The position numbers and the translations under genes are program-made. Source: a virus (lineage: Duplodnaviria > Heunggongvirae > Uroviricota > Caudoviricetes). Taken from it: a stretch of DNA of 64,000 nucleotides. How positions within the stretch are numbered: the stretch's first letter is position 1; each line of letters begins with the position of its first letter. The notes below the pieces were generated by a model. That model saw only the letters and a list, made by a program, of their open reading frames with translations, was not told where the DNA came from and did not search any database. The DNA lies in the IMG/VR virus record IMGVR_UViG_3300033153_012477, positions 119,437 to 183,436 of that record; one strand, 5' to 3'. This document shows positions 38,909 to 49,226 of this stretch, piece by piece.

Positions 38909-40506
38909 TGGCTAAACACAGGGAATATGTAGTTACTCTTAAGGACATGTCTGATACAACGGTGTTCTATGATGACCTGGAAAAACCAGGCAGAGGTGTT
39001 GGTAGGGGGAAAGTTCCCGAAAGAGCAGTCAAATGTGCTAAACGTAGACCTATTAGTAGGAATACCCACTATCATTTAACTGATGATGAAGCCGCCGCAC
39101 TTAAAGAAGACGATAGAGTCTTAGAAGTTGCTTTAACAAGAGAGGAACGAGGTATTGAGCCGAGAAGTCACTATGAGCAGACTTCTTCTCTTTGGGACAA
39201 GTCTGATACTATCAATAGCGATCACAAAAATTGGGGATTGCTAAGATGTTATGAAGGACTACAGCGATCTAACTGGGGAAGTGACGGAACTGCTCAACAA
39301 TATGGGACTTTGAAGGTTACGAGTAGTGGAATCAATGTTGATGTAGTTATTGTTGATGGAGGTCATTTTCATATCAACCATCCAGAATATGCAGTGAACT
39401 CTGATGGTACAGGCGGCAGTAGAGTCATTGAGTATAACTGGTTTCAACATAATATGGAAGTTCTTGGAACAGCTAATGGAACCTATAGTTACTCAGCATT
39501 AGTTAATCATAGTGCTCACGTAGCTGGAACTGTGGCGGGAAATACCCAAGGTTGGGCTAGAGGTGCAAATATCTATAGCATCTCTTTCAATACTGCATCA
39601 GTCTTTGATTTTGTAAGAGCTTTTCATAATGCTAAACCTGTAAACCCAGAGACAGGTAGGAAGAACCCAACGATAATGAATAATAGCTGGGGATATAACT
39701 ATAACTATGCAGGCATCGCTCCAATAACAGAACTTAACCACCAAGGGACAGCATACCCTAACCCAGACGATGCCACACAGAGGTCTTTAGGTTATATAAC
39801 AGATTCCGCTATAAATGGGTTACCTGCAAGGTCTGCCGCAGATGATGTAGACATGGTAGATTGTATGTCTGTTGGAGTTATATCCGTAGGGTCAGCAGGT
39901 AATTCTGATATGAAAATAGATATCTCAGGCGGTTTAGATTATAATAATTATTGGGACAACGGAACCTATGCCGATTATTACCATAGGGGGTCTTCTCCTT
40001 GTTCCGCTGATGGGAACATATGTGTTGGTTCAGTAGGTTATTTGTTAAGTGAATACAAATCTGATTTCAGTAGTTGTGGTCCGAGGGTAGATATTTTTTC
40101 ACCTGGACACAGTATTGTAAGCTCAGTTAATGATATGGCTTACACCATAGATACAACTGATCCCAGAGATCCTAGTTATTACATAGCAAAAATTAGTGGA
40201 ACTTCAATGGCTTCTCCTCAAGTTTGTGGGATATTAGCCTGTGTTCTAGAGCAATACCCAAACATGGCTCAAGCAGAAGCACTAGAGTATATAACTCATT
40301 ATTCAAAGTTATCTCAAATGGGAGAAACCAGTGGTGGTTACACAGATGACTCAGACTTAAAGGGTGCTCCTAATAAATATGCTTACTATAACAAAGAACG
40401 ATTTGACGAAGGAGTAATCTTTCCAAAACAAAATAAAGAAATAAGACCTAGCTCGGGAGTATGCTACCCCAGAACTAAGATAAGAGTGACTAAAACAGGA
40501 GTCTAA
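38908..40506 (+). CDS. subtilisin-family S8 serine peptidase
   Basis: Catalytic D (VDVVIVDGG), H (NHSAHVAGTVAG), oxyanion N (SAGN), S (SGTSMASPQV); I9-like propeptide REYVVTLK; no signal peptide; TAATG coupling to the collagen gene. Confidence 0.9.
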
Positions 40507-40971
40507 ATGATTTTTAATGTTCGTTATTTAGATATTACAAAATGGACCTTTGGAAGAACCGAGGAGTTTTGGTGTCCTAGCGTACACTTAGAAAAAGATC
40601 AGTATTCTTTCAAAAAAAAACAAATAAACAGCGTGTTCTCAGTTGTAGGAGGCGGTCTACCGAGAGTTGAGGACGCTACTTATATCACTAGAAAAAAAGC
40701 TAATATTAATGTCAGAAAACTTATGGAGCATCACTGGGAGTCGTGGGGTTATACTGCTAAGGATACCTCAACATATGCTGAAGAACTAGCGACTCTGATA
40801 AAAGAAAAAATAGAAAGTGACTCTTGGAATCCTTGGGGACACATACCTCCGAAATTAAACTTAGTAATAATAAGACGCATGGTAGGGGAAGATGTACTTT
40901 GGTTAACTAATGTCTTTTATCTGGGGTCTGATCCAGAATCTTTTATAAGTGGAGATATTATTAATATATAG
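40507..40971 (+). CDS. hypothetical protein
   Basis: 154-aa ORF abutting the S8 stop. Confidence 0.6.
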   Translation: MIFNVRYLDITKWTFGRTEEFWCPSVHLEKDQYSFKKKQINSVFSVVGGGLPRVEDATYITRKKANINVRKLMEHHWESWGYTAKDTSTYAEELATLIKEKIESDSWNPWGHIPPKLNLVIIRRMVGEDVLWLTNVFYLGSDPESFISGDIINI

Positions 40972-40979
40972 GGTGATTT

Positions 40980-41543
40980 ATGAATAAAGAAATAATTATT
41001 AGAAAAGTTAAAGCTAAAATTAATCTTAAGAAAAAAATTAAAGATCTTAAGAAAAAATTTATCAAAACAAAATATAAAACTCTTAATGAAGAAAATGCAA
41101 TAGAATTCGCTAAAGATTTAGGGGATACACATTATTGGAAGTTTGATGTTAAAGATGATGCTGAGGCAACTAAACGAACCTATCAAGGTATAACTGTATT
41201 TGATGTTCCTGTTGAGGGTAAAGACAGTGTAGATAACAAAGTAACTGTGTGGTATGACCCTACCATAAAAGAATTAGTTGGGGATTATAGAACTCATTAT
41301 GAAAGTCATGCTAAGTATACTCCTAAATTTCAATTCAGACCTTTAACCGAAGAAAGTGCTTTAGAATACGCTGCTTATGTAGGTGGGGATGGTTTCAAAG
41401 TTAATAAAAAAGTAAAACCTAAAAAAGTAAAAGAAGATGGAATCCCCATGATATCCGTACCCATAGTCACTGATGCCAAACATGATTATGAATTTTTAGT
41501 ATGGTATGATCCAGGAAGAATGGGTCTTTACGGAGAGTATTAG
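40980..41543 (+). CDS. hypothetical protein with two internal ~75-aa repeats
   Basis: L(N/T)EE.A(I/L)E(F/Y)A...VP...VWYDP....L.G(D/E)Y occurs twice. Confidence 0.7.
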   Translation: MNKEIIIRKVKAKINLKKKIKDLKKKFIKTKYKTLNEENAIEFAKDLGDTHYWKFDVKDDAEATKRTYQGITVFDVPVEGKDSVDNKVTVWYDPTIKELVGDYRTHYESHAKYTPKFQFRPLTEESALEYAAYVGGDGFKVNKKVKPKKVKEDGIPMISVPIVTDAKHDYEFLVWYDPGRMGLYGEY

Positions 41544-42094
41544 TATCCTTGATCTCTTAAATACCTATATAATGTTGGAGCTTTTTGATCTTTCTCTGAA
41601 AGAAGAGGTTTCTCTATTCCCCAACCAATATTAATTTCATGATCATTCCAAGCAATCCCGCTATCTAAACTAGCGTCATATTCGGCAGTACACTGATATT
41701 GAATAGTAGCCATAGTGCTTAAAGTTAAAAAACCGTGCCCAAATCCAGGAGGAATATAAAGCATTTGCCAATTTTTATCGGAAAGCTTAACACCTACCCA
41801 TTTCTTAAAGGTTGTTGATGTGGGACGTAGATCTACTGCGACATCAAATATTTCTCCCCAAATACATCGGACTAACTTACCTTGCGGTTTTGGGTGATTT
41901 TGAAAGTGAATTCCACGTAAAGTATCCTTCATAGAAAGAGATTGATTACTCTGAGTGAAAGTATCTTTAATACCTCCTTCAAAGAAATCACTGAACTTAT
42001 ATGTTTCTAAAAAATAACCTCGATCATCACTAAACTTTTGAGGAGTAACTAATGTAACTCCTTCTAGGTCTAACTTTTCAAAAGTAAAAGGCAT
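41540..42094 (-). CDS. rmlC: dTDP-4-dehydrorhamnose 3,5-epimerase
   Basis: DDRGYFLETY, TLRGIHFQ (catalytic His), QGKLVRC..GEIFDVAVDLR, YIPPGFGHGF, YQC..Y, LLSEKD; AGGAG RBS. Confidence 0.95.
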   Translation of the reverse strand: MPFTFEKLDLEGVTLVTPQKFSDDRGYFLETYKFSDFFEGGIKDTFTQSNQSLSMKDTLRGIHFQNHPKPQGKLVRCIWGEIFDVAVDLRPTSTTFKKWVGVKLSDKNWQMLYIPPGFGHGFLTLSTMATIQYQCTAEYDASLDSGIAWNDHEINIGWGIEKPLLSEKDQKAPTLYRYLRDQGY

Positions 42095-42103
42095 CCTTGT
42101 CTC

Positions 42104-42211
42104 CTATTTTAAAAATCCATTTATTGTTATTTCCATATGAAAACCATATAAAAATAAGTAAATACTGAATGCCGCAAGAGACACCCAGTATATTATATCT
42201 ATCTTAGACAC
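42104..42211 (-). CDS. possible 35-aa membrane peptide between dut and rmlC
   Basis: GTG at 42211 overlapping the dut stop: MSKIDIIYWVSLAAFSIYLFLYGFHMEITINGFLK; one hydrophobic segment; its stop sits in the rmlC RBS. Confidence 0.35.
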   Translation of the reverse strand: MSKIDIIYWVSLAAFSIYLFLYGFHMEITINGFLK

Positions 42212-42629
42212 CAGTGGACCCAAATCCGCCAGCACCTCTTACTGTTTCTGATAATTCTTCTTTGATTTCGGGTTCCCATAACTCAACTTGATTAACTACC
42301 ATTTGAGCAATACGATCCCCTTTTTTAATTTCAAAAGGGACTTTACCTTCATTATAAAGAATAACCTTAACTTCCCCACGGTAGTGACAGTCCACTGTTC
42401 CAGGAGAATTTAGCACCATAATTTTCTTTTTAAAAGCTAGACCTGATCTTGGTCTAATCTGAATTTCATAACCCATAGGTACTGCCATCTTCCAACCTGT
42501 TGGAACAAGCTTACACTCCTCAGGGTGTATAACCATATCTTCAACACTAGTTAGGTCTAAACCAGCGTCGCCTGCAGTTGATCTTTTTGGGGGTATTGCG
42601 TCATCGTGAATTCTTTGAATCTCAAGCAT
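42204..42629 (-). CDS. dut: trimeric dUTPase
   Basis: AGLDL, RPRSGLA, NSPGTVDCHYRGEVKV, GDRIAQMV, RGAGGFGSTG. Confidence 0.96.
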   Translation of the reverse strand: MLEIQRIHDDAIPPKRSTAGDAGLDLTSVEDMVIHPEECKLVPTGWKMAVPMGYEIQIRPRSGLAFKKKIMVLNSPGTVDCHYRGEVKVILYNEGKVPFEIKKGDRIAQMVVNQVELWEPEIKEELSETVRGAGGFGSTGV

Positions 42630-42707
42630 CCTTACTCTCCTGTATAGGTTATATTACAAATTAATTTACAAATGTTATAGCCTGTATAGGGAAAGATCAA
42701 GAATTAA

Positions 42708-43481
42708 TTATATGATGTTAGGCTGTTGGGGACCATATAGAATATTAGCTGGACCAGGAACTTCTACTTTTCTTTCATAGAGAAGATCTGATCCTGTTCT
42801 GTTACTGAAGATTACAGAGAGTACCCAGTAGGATGGGTCAATATCATCTTGCGGTTCTGCTTCGATGGTAAGGATTTGACCAAAAGCTTCCCGAGCCGTA
42901 ACCTCTTGGTAACCGCCTTGTTGGAGCTGCACATCGATATACTTTTCTAAATATTTGGATACTTCTTCTACCACCCTAGCTTTGATTAAATCAATATTGT
43001 ATAGTTTAGTTCCTATTAGGGTGTGTATTTGTGTACCTACCCACAGGTGAAAAGGGTTTGATCCTAAAAATGTAGCTAGACCTTTTTTTACTTCTTGTAA
43101 AAGTTTTTCCTCATTTTTAACAATAGTTACCTTTCCAAGCTTAGAGTAAGACTCGTCATAATGTACTCTCAATCCTTGACACTTTGGGCAATACTGGGGT
43201 TGAGCTAAATAGGTCACTACATAGAAGTCATCGTTTGATTTTCTTTGTTTTTTGAATACTAGTTTAGATCTTTTTGTAAAGATGGCATCTTCATCATTCT
43301 GTATTGACCAACCAAAAATTTCGTTGTCTGGTTTAATATCAAAACCGTTTACTCTTAAAGAAACATCAATAGACCCAAGAGATCTTGGGATTCTTAATGT
43401 TTTCAGATCATCATCTATTTCTAGTTGTTCCTCATTAATTTGATGATCACAAATGCTTTCAATTTTTGAATCTATTGACAT
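42708..43481 (-). CDS. baseplate wedge/sheath initiator W/gp25-like
   Basis: EKLLQEVKK.L.T.LGSNPFH..VGT.I..LIG motif and gp25-like C-terminal fold, with an N-terminal CPKC extension. Confidence 0.7.
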   Translation of the reverse strand: MSIDSKIESICDHQINEEQLEIDDDLKTLRIPRSLGSIDVSLRVNGFDIKPDNEIFGWSIQNDEDAIFTKRSKLVFKKQRKSNDDFYVVTYLAQPQYCPKCQGLRVHYDESYSKLGKVTIVKNEEKLLQEVKKGLATFLGSNPFHLWVGTQIHTLIGTKLYNIDLIKARVVEEVSKYLEKYIDVQLQQGGYQEVTAREAFGQILTIEAEPQDDIDPSYWVLSVIFSNRTGSDLLYERKVEVPGPANILYGPQQPNII

Positions 43482-43537
43482 AAATAAAATACCTTCTTAA
43501 CACTAGTTCTTATAGACATAAAGATTAACTTATTATT

Positions 43538-44323
43538 CTAAGAATCTATTTCTACCATTGTTTTTGAGTTACTTTCTTCTATCAGAGGCTCTACCACTAC
43601 AACAGATCTATCAGATCTTATGCTAAGTACTGTTTTAGTCCCATTATTATCCCCGTTAGACAGAGTAATCTTATCCCCTTCTTTAATAGGTGGGTTTTGA
43701 CCATCAAAAGCAATAGTCCCAAACATAGGGTTGATACTTGTTACTAAATAGTATTTCTTACCATCTTTTTCAATTATACCTTTATCTACAGGAACTGCTG
43801 TCATACCTTCTTGTATCTCAGCTTGATCTTGCTCCTTGTTCCTCTGATTTTCAGGAAAAGAATCTAAATCAAATCTAGCTCTAATTTTATCAAGATAGCC
43901 ACTATATGTTTCTTTCATCTCTTCTAAAAAAGTTATTTCATCACTTATCTGATTTGCCAGGTCTCTAAGCCTTCTTATCTTAAATTCATTTCTCTCACGC
44001 TTGAATTTAATTGTATCTAAAAAAGTTTTCTTTAAGATATCAACATCAACGGCGTTAGCAGAGTCAATTGTCTCTACTCTAGTGACGGGTCTTGCTCTAG
44101 GTTTTGTGAGCCACAACCTGTCAGGTCTATACGATTTTTTATATTCTGATCTAAGTTGTAAATCTGCTTGCATAAACTTATCTAAAAGCTCTAGGTGTCT
44201 CTTTCTTTCAGAAGTTAAATGCTCCACCCTACTTTCAATATTTTCTGATTCAATTTGAACAAACTCTTCAAGTTCTTCAAAATGTTCAAAAGATGGTATT
44301 GTTCCTAAAAAATCAAAAGCCAT
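43538..44323 (-). CDS. structural hypothetical protein (coiled coil plus small beta domain)
   Basis: 261 aa in the baseplate operon; heptad-rich N-terminal two-thirds. Confidence 0.6.
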   Translation of the reverse strand: MAFDFLGTIPSFEHFEELEEFVQIESENIESRVEHLTSERKRHLELLDKFMQADLQLRSEYKKSYRPDRLWLTKPRARPVTRVETIDSANAVDVDILKKTFLDTIKFKRERNEFKIRRLRDLANQISDEITFLEEMKETYSGYLDKIRARFDLDSFPENQRNKEQDQAEIQEGMTAVPVDKGIIEKDGKKYYLVTSINPMFGTIAFDGQNPPIKEGDKITLSNGDNNGTKTVLSIRSDRSVVVVEPLIEESNSKTMVEIDS

Positions 44324-44331
44324 AATAATCC

Positions 44332-47300
44332 TTAACTAAGAGAACTTACAATCCAATCAAGAGCTATAGCTGTCCCACCATCGGTGTATAAAAATACAAT
44401 ACCTCCAGCATATTCAGCGTCTTCGGGGTAACCTATAGATGTTCTCACAGCGTTGTTAAAATATTCGGCTCCTCCTGAGTTAGAAGGCACCATCAAACAG
44501 TAAAAACCACCCTGGATAGTTAAACCTTCAGCCATTCTCTTTAAAAGATCTTGAGCCTCTTTCAACATGTCAGAAAGTGCGTCTATCTTAGTTTGCAATA
44601 AGTCTATAAAATCTACCAAAGAGTTAGTCGCTGAAGTTAAACCTTTAGCAAGTTGATCAAAGGTACTGTTGATATATCTAATTAAATCATTTACTTCAGG
44701 AAATAAATCTGAAATTCTTAAAGCCTTCCAATCTGGAGGAGTTCCTCCTAAGGGTCCTGCAGTAGATATGGTGTGTGTTAGGTCATCAGAAGCAATACCA
44801 TAGGATCCTTTATCTGACTCAGTAGCAAAACCTAAAATAGGATTACTTACTTTTATCTCTAACTGAGATCCACGATAAATATCAGGGTTTTGATCTTCCT
44901 CCAAAACTATTCTATTTTGTCTATCTACGATAACTTTTATTCCTGCAGTTTGAGATCTTATCACACCAGCAATATCTTCTGCTGACATTGTTACAGTGCT
45001 TTCATCTTCTTTAAATCTTGTAAAAGTTATATTCTGAGTTCGAGTTATAGGATCGCCTCCATACACTTGAGTGATTGTTGAACCTAGACCTACTTGAACG
45101 CCTAATACATTTTTCTCTTCAGTAAATGTGTAAGGTCCAGGATTTAAACTAACAACTGAAGCCCTTGTTGTTTTTTGTAATTTTTTACCCCAGTATATAA
45201 CTTCTAGTGTTTGCTGCGGAGGTCTTGTGAGAAGAATTAGTCCTCTTTCTGCATTTATACTTGCAGGAACCGCTTGAGCACCGTCTACAAGAACTTTTAA
45301 ATCATTAACATCATCAGCAAATAAAGCAGAGTCCTTATCGTAGATACTTCCGCTTACCCGATACCAACCCGCTTTAGTTTTTTTGATTTGATCATATAGG
45401 TATTCAGTTCTTTCTTCTAGTTGTGGAAAAGATGCAGTTGCTTTAACTTCAGGACTTTGACCTTGAACATCAGTTCCTTGAGCCTGAGGTATAACTTTAT
45501 AGTGCCAAGTCTCTCCGTTATTTAGAGGTACTTCCGTACTTCCAGTTCTTACGAGAACAAATTCTCTAGCAGCATCGAAAAATTCAGTAGCTCCGCTTAC
45601 AAATTTATCAATGCCTTCTTCGTTAGACTTTTCTGACTGAGTAGACTTACCATCAATGAATTTATATTCTTTCATCACTCTGTAATTAGTTATCTTACCA
45701 ATCTCTTCATAGTTTCCTACAACTCTTCCAGTGGTAGGATCATAGAGATCTTCTTCGTAATACTGGTTGCCTTTTCCTTCAGAAGAAAGCTGAGTCTTAA
45801 CTTGAGTTTGTATCACATCCCCCCCTGAAACTTTAGATCTTAAAATAAGATAATCATAAGGGAAAATATTAGATCCACCGTCAGGAGAAGTCCAAGTCAA
45901 AACATTTCTTTGATTCTGTCCTTCCGCTTTTAAATTATTCACAGTCCCTAAACCATAGTCCATCTTTTGTTTATTATAAAGCTCTAACAAAGATTTACTA
46001 GCCTGTATAAAATCAGAAACTCCTGCTCCATCACCTATAGCGAGAATCATCCCCCCAACCGTAGCGTCTGTGCTAAGTTGAGGTCTGTTAGAATCAAGAG
46101 GATCGTAAAAGCTAGAATTTATCTTTCTAAAAAAATCAGGAAAGCTTCCTTTAATATGATCAAAGAAACTCTCTAAATTCATTCCTGCTTTCATATCAGA
46201 TATTTCAGGAAGAGTAGATAACGTGTATAGTCCTGCCCCATTTACTAATCTATCTAGTAGCTCGGATATATTATCTATCAGAGCCTGCACCGCTGATCTT
46301 AAAGCATTGATAGGTCCTAAAACATTATCAACGATAAAAGCTTTAGCAATGTCTAATAGCCCGCTAACAAAATCAAGAACACCTATAATTGGATCAAAGA
46401 TGGAATCAATAGTATCCGCTACTTTCTGAACATCATCTGGTCCAAACGAGGGAGTACTTACAGATTTCCAAGATAAAGGAATTGAATCGTCAGAGGATGG
46501 GAAACCTATATTTGCAGGATCTCTATAGGTGATAATAACTTCAGAAGCTTCTGATTCACGCCCAAACCTATCCGTAGCAGTAACACTAATAGTGTTGTCC
46601 CCTATAGCCAGGTCTTGTGCTTGGTGTATCCATTTACCGCTTGTAGCAAAATCAGAATCTAATCCATTTACCTTTACACCCAAACCACTCCTATTGAATG
46701 TACCGCCCAAATCTACAAAATCTTTACTAACTGGAGATGTTGCAGGGTTAATAACTGGAGGTTGTATTTTATATTCTACATTCAAAGATACGGGGGGAGA
46801 TAGTTCATAAAACTCACTCAGTCCATATATTTTAAAAGTATTAGAGGGTTGAACAATACCTAAATTTATATTCCAATCACCAGCACCTACACCAGCACTT
46901 CCACCGTATCCTGGAATTCCATCACCGTCTTCATCCCCGTCCCCAATAGATCCTGATCCACCAATACCGCTTTCAATACTTTCGGGATCTCTATTGATGT
47001 CAGTGCTTAAATTTAAACCGTTATTAAAGTTAGCATCACCACTGAGTTGTTCTTTTAAGTTAAGATCTTCTAAAGGATCTCCTACCCAAAGATTGGAGGC
47101 AGAGTTAAAAACAATATTAGGACCAATATTTGTAGCAACTTCTTTTCCTGCTAAAATATTAATCTTGTCAATTATATCTTCTTTAGTATATTCAGTGTTG
47201 GTACTAAAAGTAAATCTAACATTGACTCCGTCTAAGGTCATACAAAAGAGAAGACCACTATCAACTACATCGTCTGAACAATCCGCACCGCCTACAGAAC

Positions 47301-48798
47301 TGTTTTGAAAAGTAATTATATCAGGAACTTCGATTGCAAGATCAAAGTTTACCTCTCCTTCGACTAGACCTAAAGTTTCATTAGCTGTTCCAGAAAAGAT
47401 ATCGATATGTAATGCTTCAAAATAAAATCTTGCACCGTCTGAAAAAGCTACATCATAATCAAAAGTAGAACTAAAAGCATTGTTAACTTGATCAGCGATA
47501 TCTTGAGCAGATAATATTCCAGAAGTTAGAATTATAAATTCAAGTTTCCCATTTATATTAACAAGAATATTATTATTAGAAGTGTTAATTGAATAATTTT
47601 CTGTATTTTTAGCATAAGCTTTTACTGGTCCTAACTCTTCTGTGGTATACCTTACTTTAGCAATATTTTTATTACACTTACCTGAGATGTCTACCCTATC
47701 TTCATCTGTGTACATTGCGGGTCTGTCTTCTCTAGGGTATATCTTAATTTGGTCACCAGCTTCCCACACATAAGCAAAAGGATCAGTGACTATATACTTA
47801 TCTTCTACTTGCACAACCTCTCGGTATTCTCCAATATTTTTACCACTTGTAGCAAGAACCATATCACTTATAATGATACCGTCTTCTTTAAAGTCTCCCT
47901 CTAAAGTTAAAAAGTTTTGAGTAGTGCTTCCAGAAACAGCAGTATCGTCTGAGATAGCTTTAATACTTCCAGGAAGTAAAATAAGAGGAGACTCTACCCC
48001 ATAATTAATTTGTAGTTTTTGTTCTGCACTCTCTAATCCAAAGACATCAACCGTTTTTATGCTGAACTCTTCTGATTGTTTCATCAGGACAAATTTATAA
48101 GCCCACTCTGAATATCCACCAGAAGCGTCTTCAACTCTACCGCTAGTAAAACGTCCTCCGCTTGGACTATACACAAATCCTGTAACATCGTGATCGGCAC
48201 TACCTGCTACAGAGACAGTTCTTGAATCATATGGATCTGTTATTTCAGTAACTATAAGTGGATCATGCATTAAATAATTAAGAGTTACTAACTCAGGAAC
48301 ACTTGACCCTCCTCCTATATCTCTACCTATAAAGTAGAATGTTTGGGAAGGATTATAAAACCTAAAATTATTGTATGTGAAATCAGTAGTAAAGGTGTCA
48401 TGTGCAAATCCTGACGGAGAGTAACTCAAACCGTCTGAACTAGCTTCAAGCCTTAGTGTGATTTCATTAGTTCTTCCTTCGAGAGAAGGATTTAAAGAGT
48501 TATAATCAGGAGAAGTGTCTATAATTATAGGACTGTCTACATCAATATAAGCAGTTGATGAAGCTGTGTTGTTTAAAGAATCCTCAGAGACAATAACAAA
48601 GGTATTTGCGTATCCTGTTATATCTGTTTCATAACTCCACTCATTAGAGGTGGCGTTGTAGTATGCAGTTGCAGGAACACCGTTTTCAACAGCACTTACC
48701 GATACTGCAGAAGTATCTGCAGAACCAGACAGCGTTAAGGATGTGGTATCATCCCACTCTAACAAACTGTTGTAAGGATATATTACAGGATCATTCAT
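44332..48798 (-). CDS. large baseplate-associated protein (Ig-like, FN3-like and sheath-insertion-like domains)
   Basis: 1488 aa; repeated L.G(S/T)AD...W Ig-like modules; VNNLKAEG...LTW FN3-like module; duplicated helical module. Confidence 0.65.
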   Translation of the reverse strand: MNDPVIYPYNSLLEWDDTTSLTLSGSADTSAVSVSAVENGVPATAYYNATSNEWSYETDITGYANTFVIVSEDSLNNTASSTAYIDVDSPIIIDTSPDYNSLNPSLEGRTNEITLRLEASSDGLSYSPSGFAHDTFTTDFTYNNFRFYNPSQTFYFIGRDIGGGSSVPELVTLNYLMHDPLIVTEITDPYDSRTVSVAGSADHDVTGFVYSPSGGRFTSGRVEDASGGYSEWAYKFVLMKQSEEFSIKTVDVFGLESAEQKLQINYGVESPLILLPGSIKAISDDTAVSGSTTQNFLTLEGDFKEDGIIISDMVLATSGKNIGEYREVVQVEDKYIVTDPFAYVWEAGDQIKIYPREDRPAMYTDEDRVDISGKCNKNIAKVRYTTEELGPVKAYAKNTENYSINTSNNNILVNINGKLEFIILTSGILSAQDIADQVNNAFSSTFDYDVAFSDGARFYFEALHIDIFSGTANETLGLVEGEVNFDLAIEVPDIITFQNSSVGGADCSDDVVDSGLLFCMTLDGVNVRFTFSTNTEYTKEDIIDKINILAGKEVATNIGPNIVFNSASNLWVGDPLEDLNLKEQLSGDANFNNGLNLSTDINRDPESIESGIGGSGSIGDGDEDGDGIPGYGGSAGVGAGDWNINLGIVQPSNTFKIYGLSEFYELSPPVSLNVEYKIQPPVINPATSPVSKDFVDLGGTFNRSGLGVKVNGLDSDFATSGKWIHQAQDLAIGDNTISVTATDRFGRESEASEVIITYRDPANIGFPSSDDSIPLSWKSVSTPSFGPDDVQKVADTIDSIFDPIIGVLDFVSGLLDIAKAFIVDNVLGPINALRSAVQALIDNISELLDRLVNGAGLYTLSTLPEISDMKAGMNLESFFDHIKGSFPDFFRKINSSFYDPLDSNRPQLSTDATVGGMILAIGDGAGVSDFIQASKSLLELYNKQKMDYGLGTVNNLKAEGQNQRNVLTWTSPDGGSNIFPYDYLILRSKVSGGDVIQTQVKTQLSSEGKGNQYYEEDLYDPTTGRVVGNYEEIGKITNYRVMKEYKFIDGKSTQSEKSNEEGIDKFVSGATEFFDAAREFVLVRTGSTEVPLNNGETWHYKVIPQAQGTDVQGQSPEVKATASFPQLEERTEYLYDQIKKTKAGWYRVSGSIYDKDSALFADDVNDLKVLVDGAQAVPASINAERGLILLTRPPQQTLEVIYWGKKLQKTTRASVVSLNPGPYTFTEEKNVLGVQVGLGSTITQVYGGDPITRTQNITFTRFKEDESTVTMSAEDIAGVIRSQTAGIKVIVDRQNRIVLEEDQNPDIYRGSQLEIKVSNPILGFATESDKGSYGIASDDLTHTISTAGPLGGTPPDWKALRISDLFPEVNDLIRYINSTFDQLAKGLTSATNSLVDFIDLLQTKIDALSDMLKEAQDLLKRMAEGLTIQGGFYCLMVPSNSGGAEYFNNAVRTSIGYPEDAEYAGGIVFLYTDGGTAIALDWIVSSLS

Positions 48799-49001
48799 CT
48801 ATTATTCTTTAGCCTCTCTAGAGTACTCTTAGTTTTTTTCATTTGTTCTAGTGTTCTTTTTTGCTCTTCTTCTATTAGTAAAACAAAATTACCAAGTATG
48901 GGTTGTAATAGCTCAAATATTCCTTTACTTGGTTTTTTCTTTTCCCATTTTAGATTTTTTTCATCAGGATTTTCTTTTTGAGGTTTCTTTTCTTGATTCA
49001 T
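48795..49001 (-). CDS. small hypothetical protein
   Basis: 68 aa, GAGGGAG RBS, ATGA overlap with the next gene. Confidence 0.6.
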   Translation of the reverse strand: MNQEKKPQKENPDEKNLKWEKKKPSKGIFELLQPILGNFVLLIEEEQKRTLEQMKKTKSTLERLKNNR

Positions 49002-49013
49002 CTAATTTCTCCC

Positions 49014-49217
49014 TCACACCAATAGGCTTGTGTACACGCTTGCCTGTACATTGTCTTCTTCGTTTCCACATAGTGGTAACTCTGCTGTGCTTGCACTTCC
49101 TTCTATGCTTCTCCATAGTACGAAATCTCCTGCCTTAACATGGGATGCTAGAATACATCTCTTATCATAAGAGTCTATTAGTAGTTTAACACAGATGTTT
49201 AGAGTAGAAGTAAGCAT
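49014..49217 (-). CDS. possible small hypothetical protein
   Basis: 67 aa filling the gap, AGGA upstream; no recognisable motif. Confidence 0.35.
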   Translation of the reverse strand: MLTSTLNICVKLLIDSYDKRCILASHVKAGDFVLWRSIEGSASTAELPLCGNEEDNVQASVYTSLLV

Positions 49218-49226
49218 ATAATTATC

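Noticed and set aside
40611-40622. A9 homopolymer as a phase-variation or frameshift site
   Set aside because: It is in frame (Lys codons) in an AT-rich genome with no alternative-frame ORF extension to support it.
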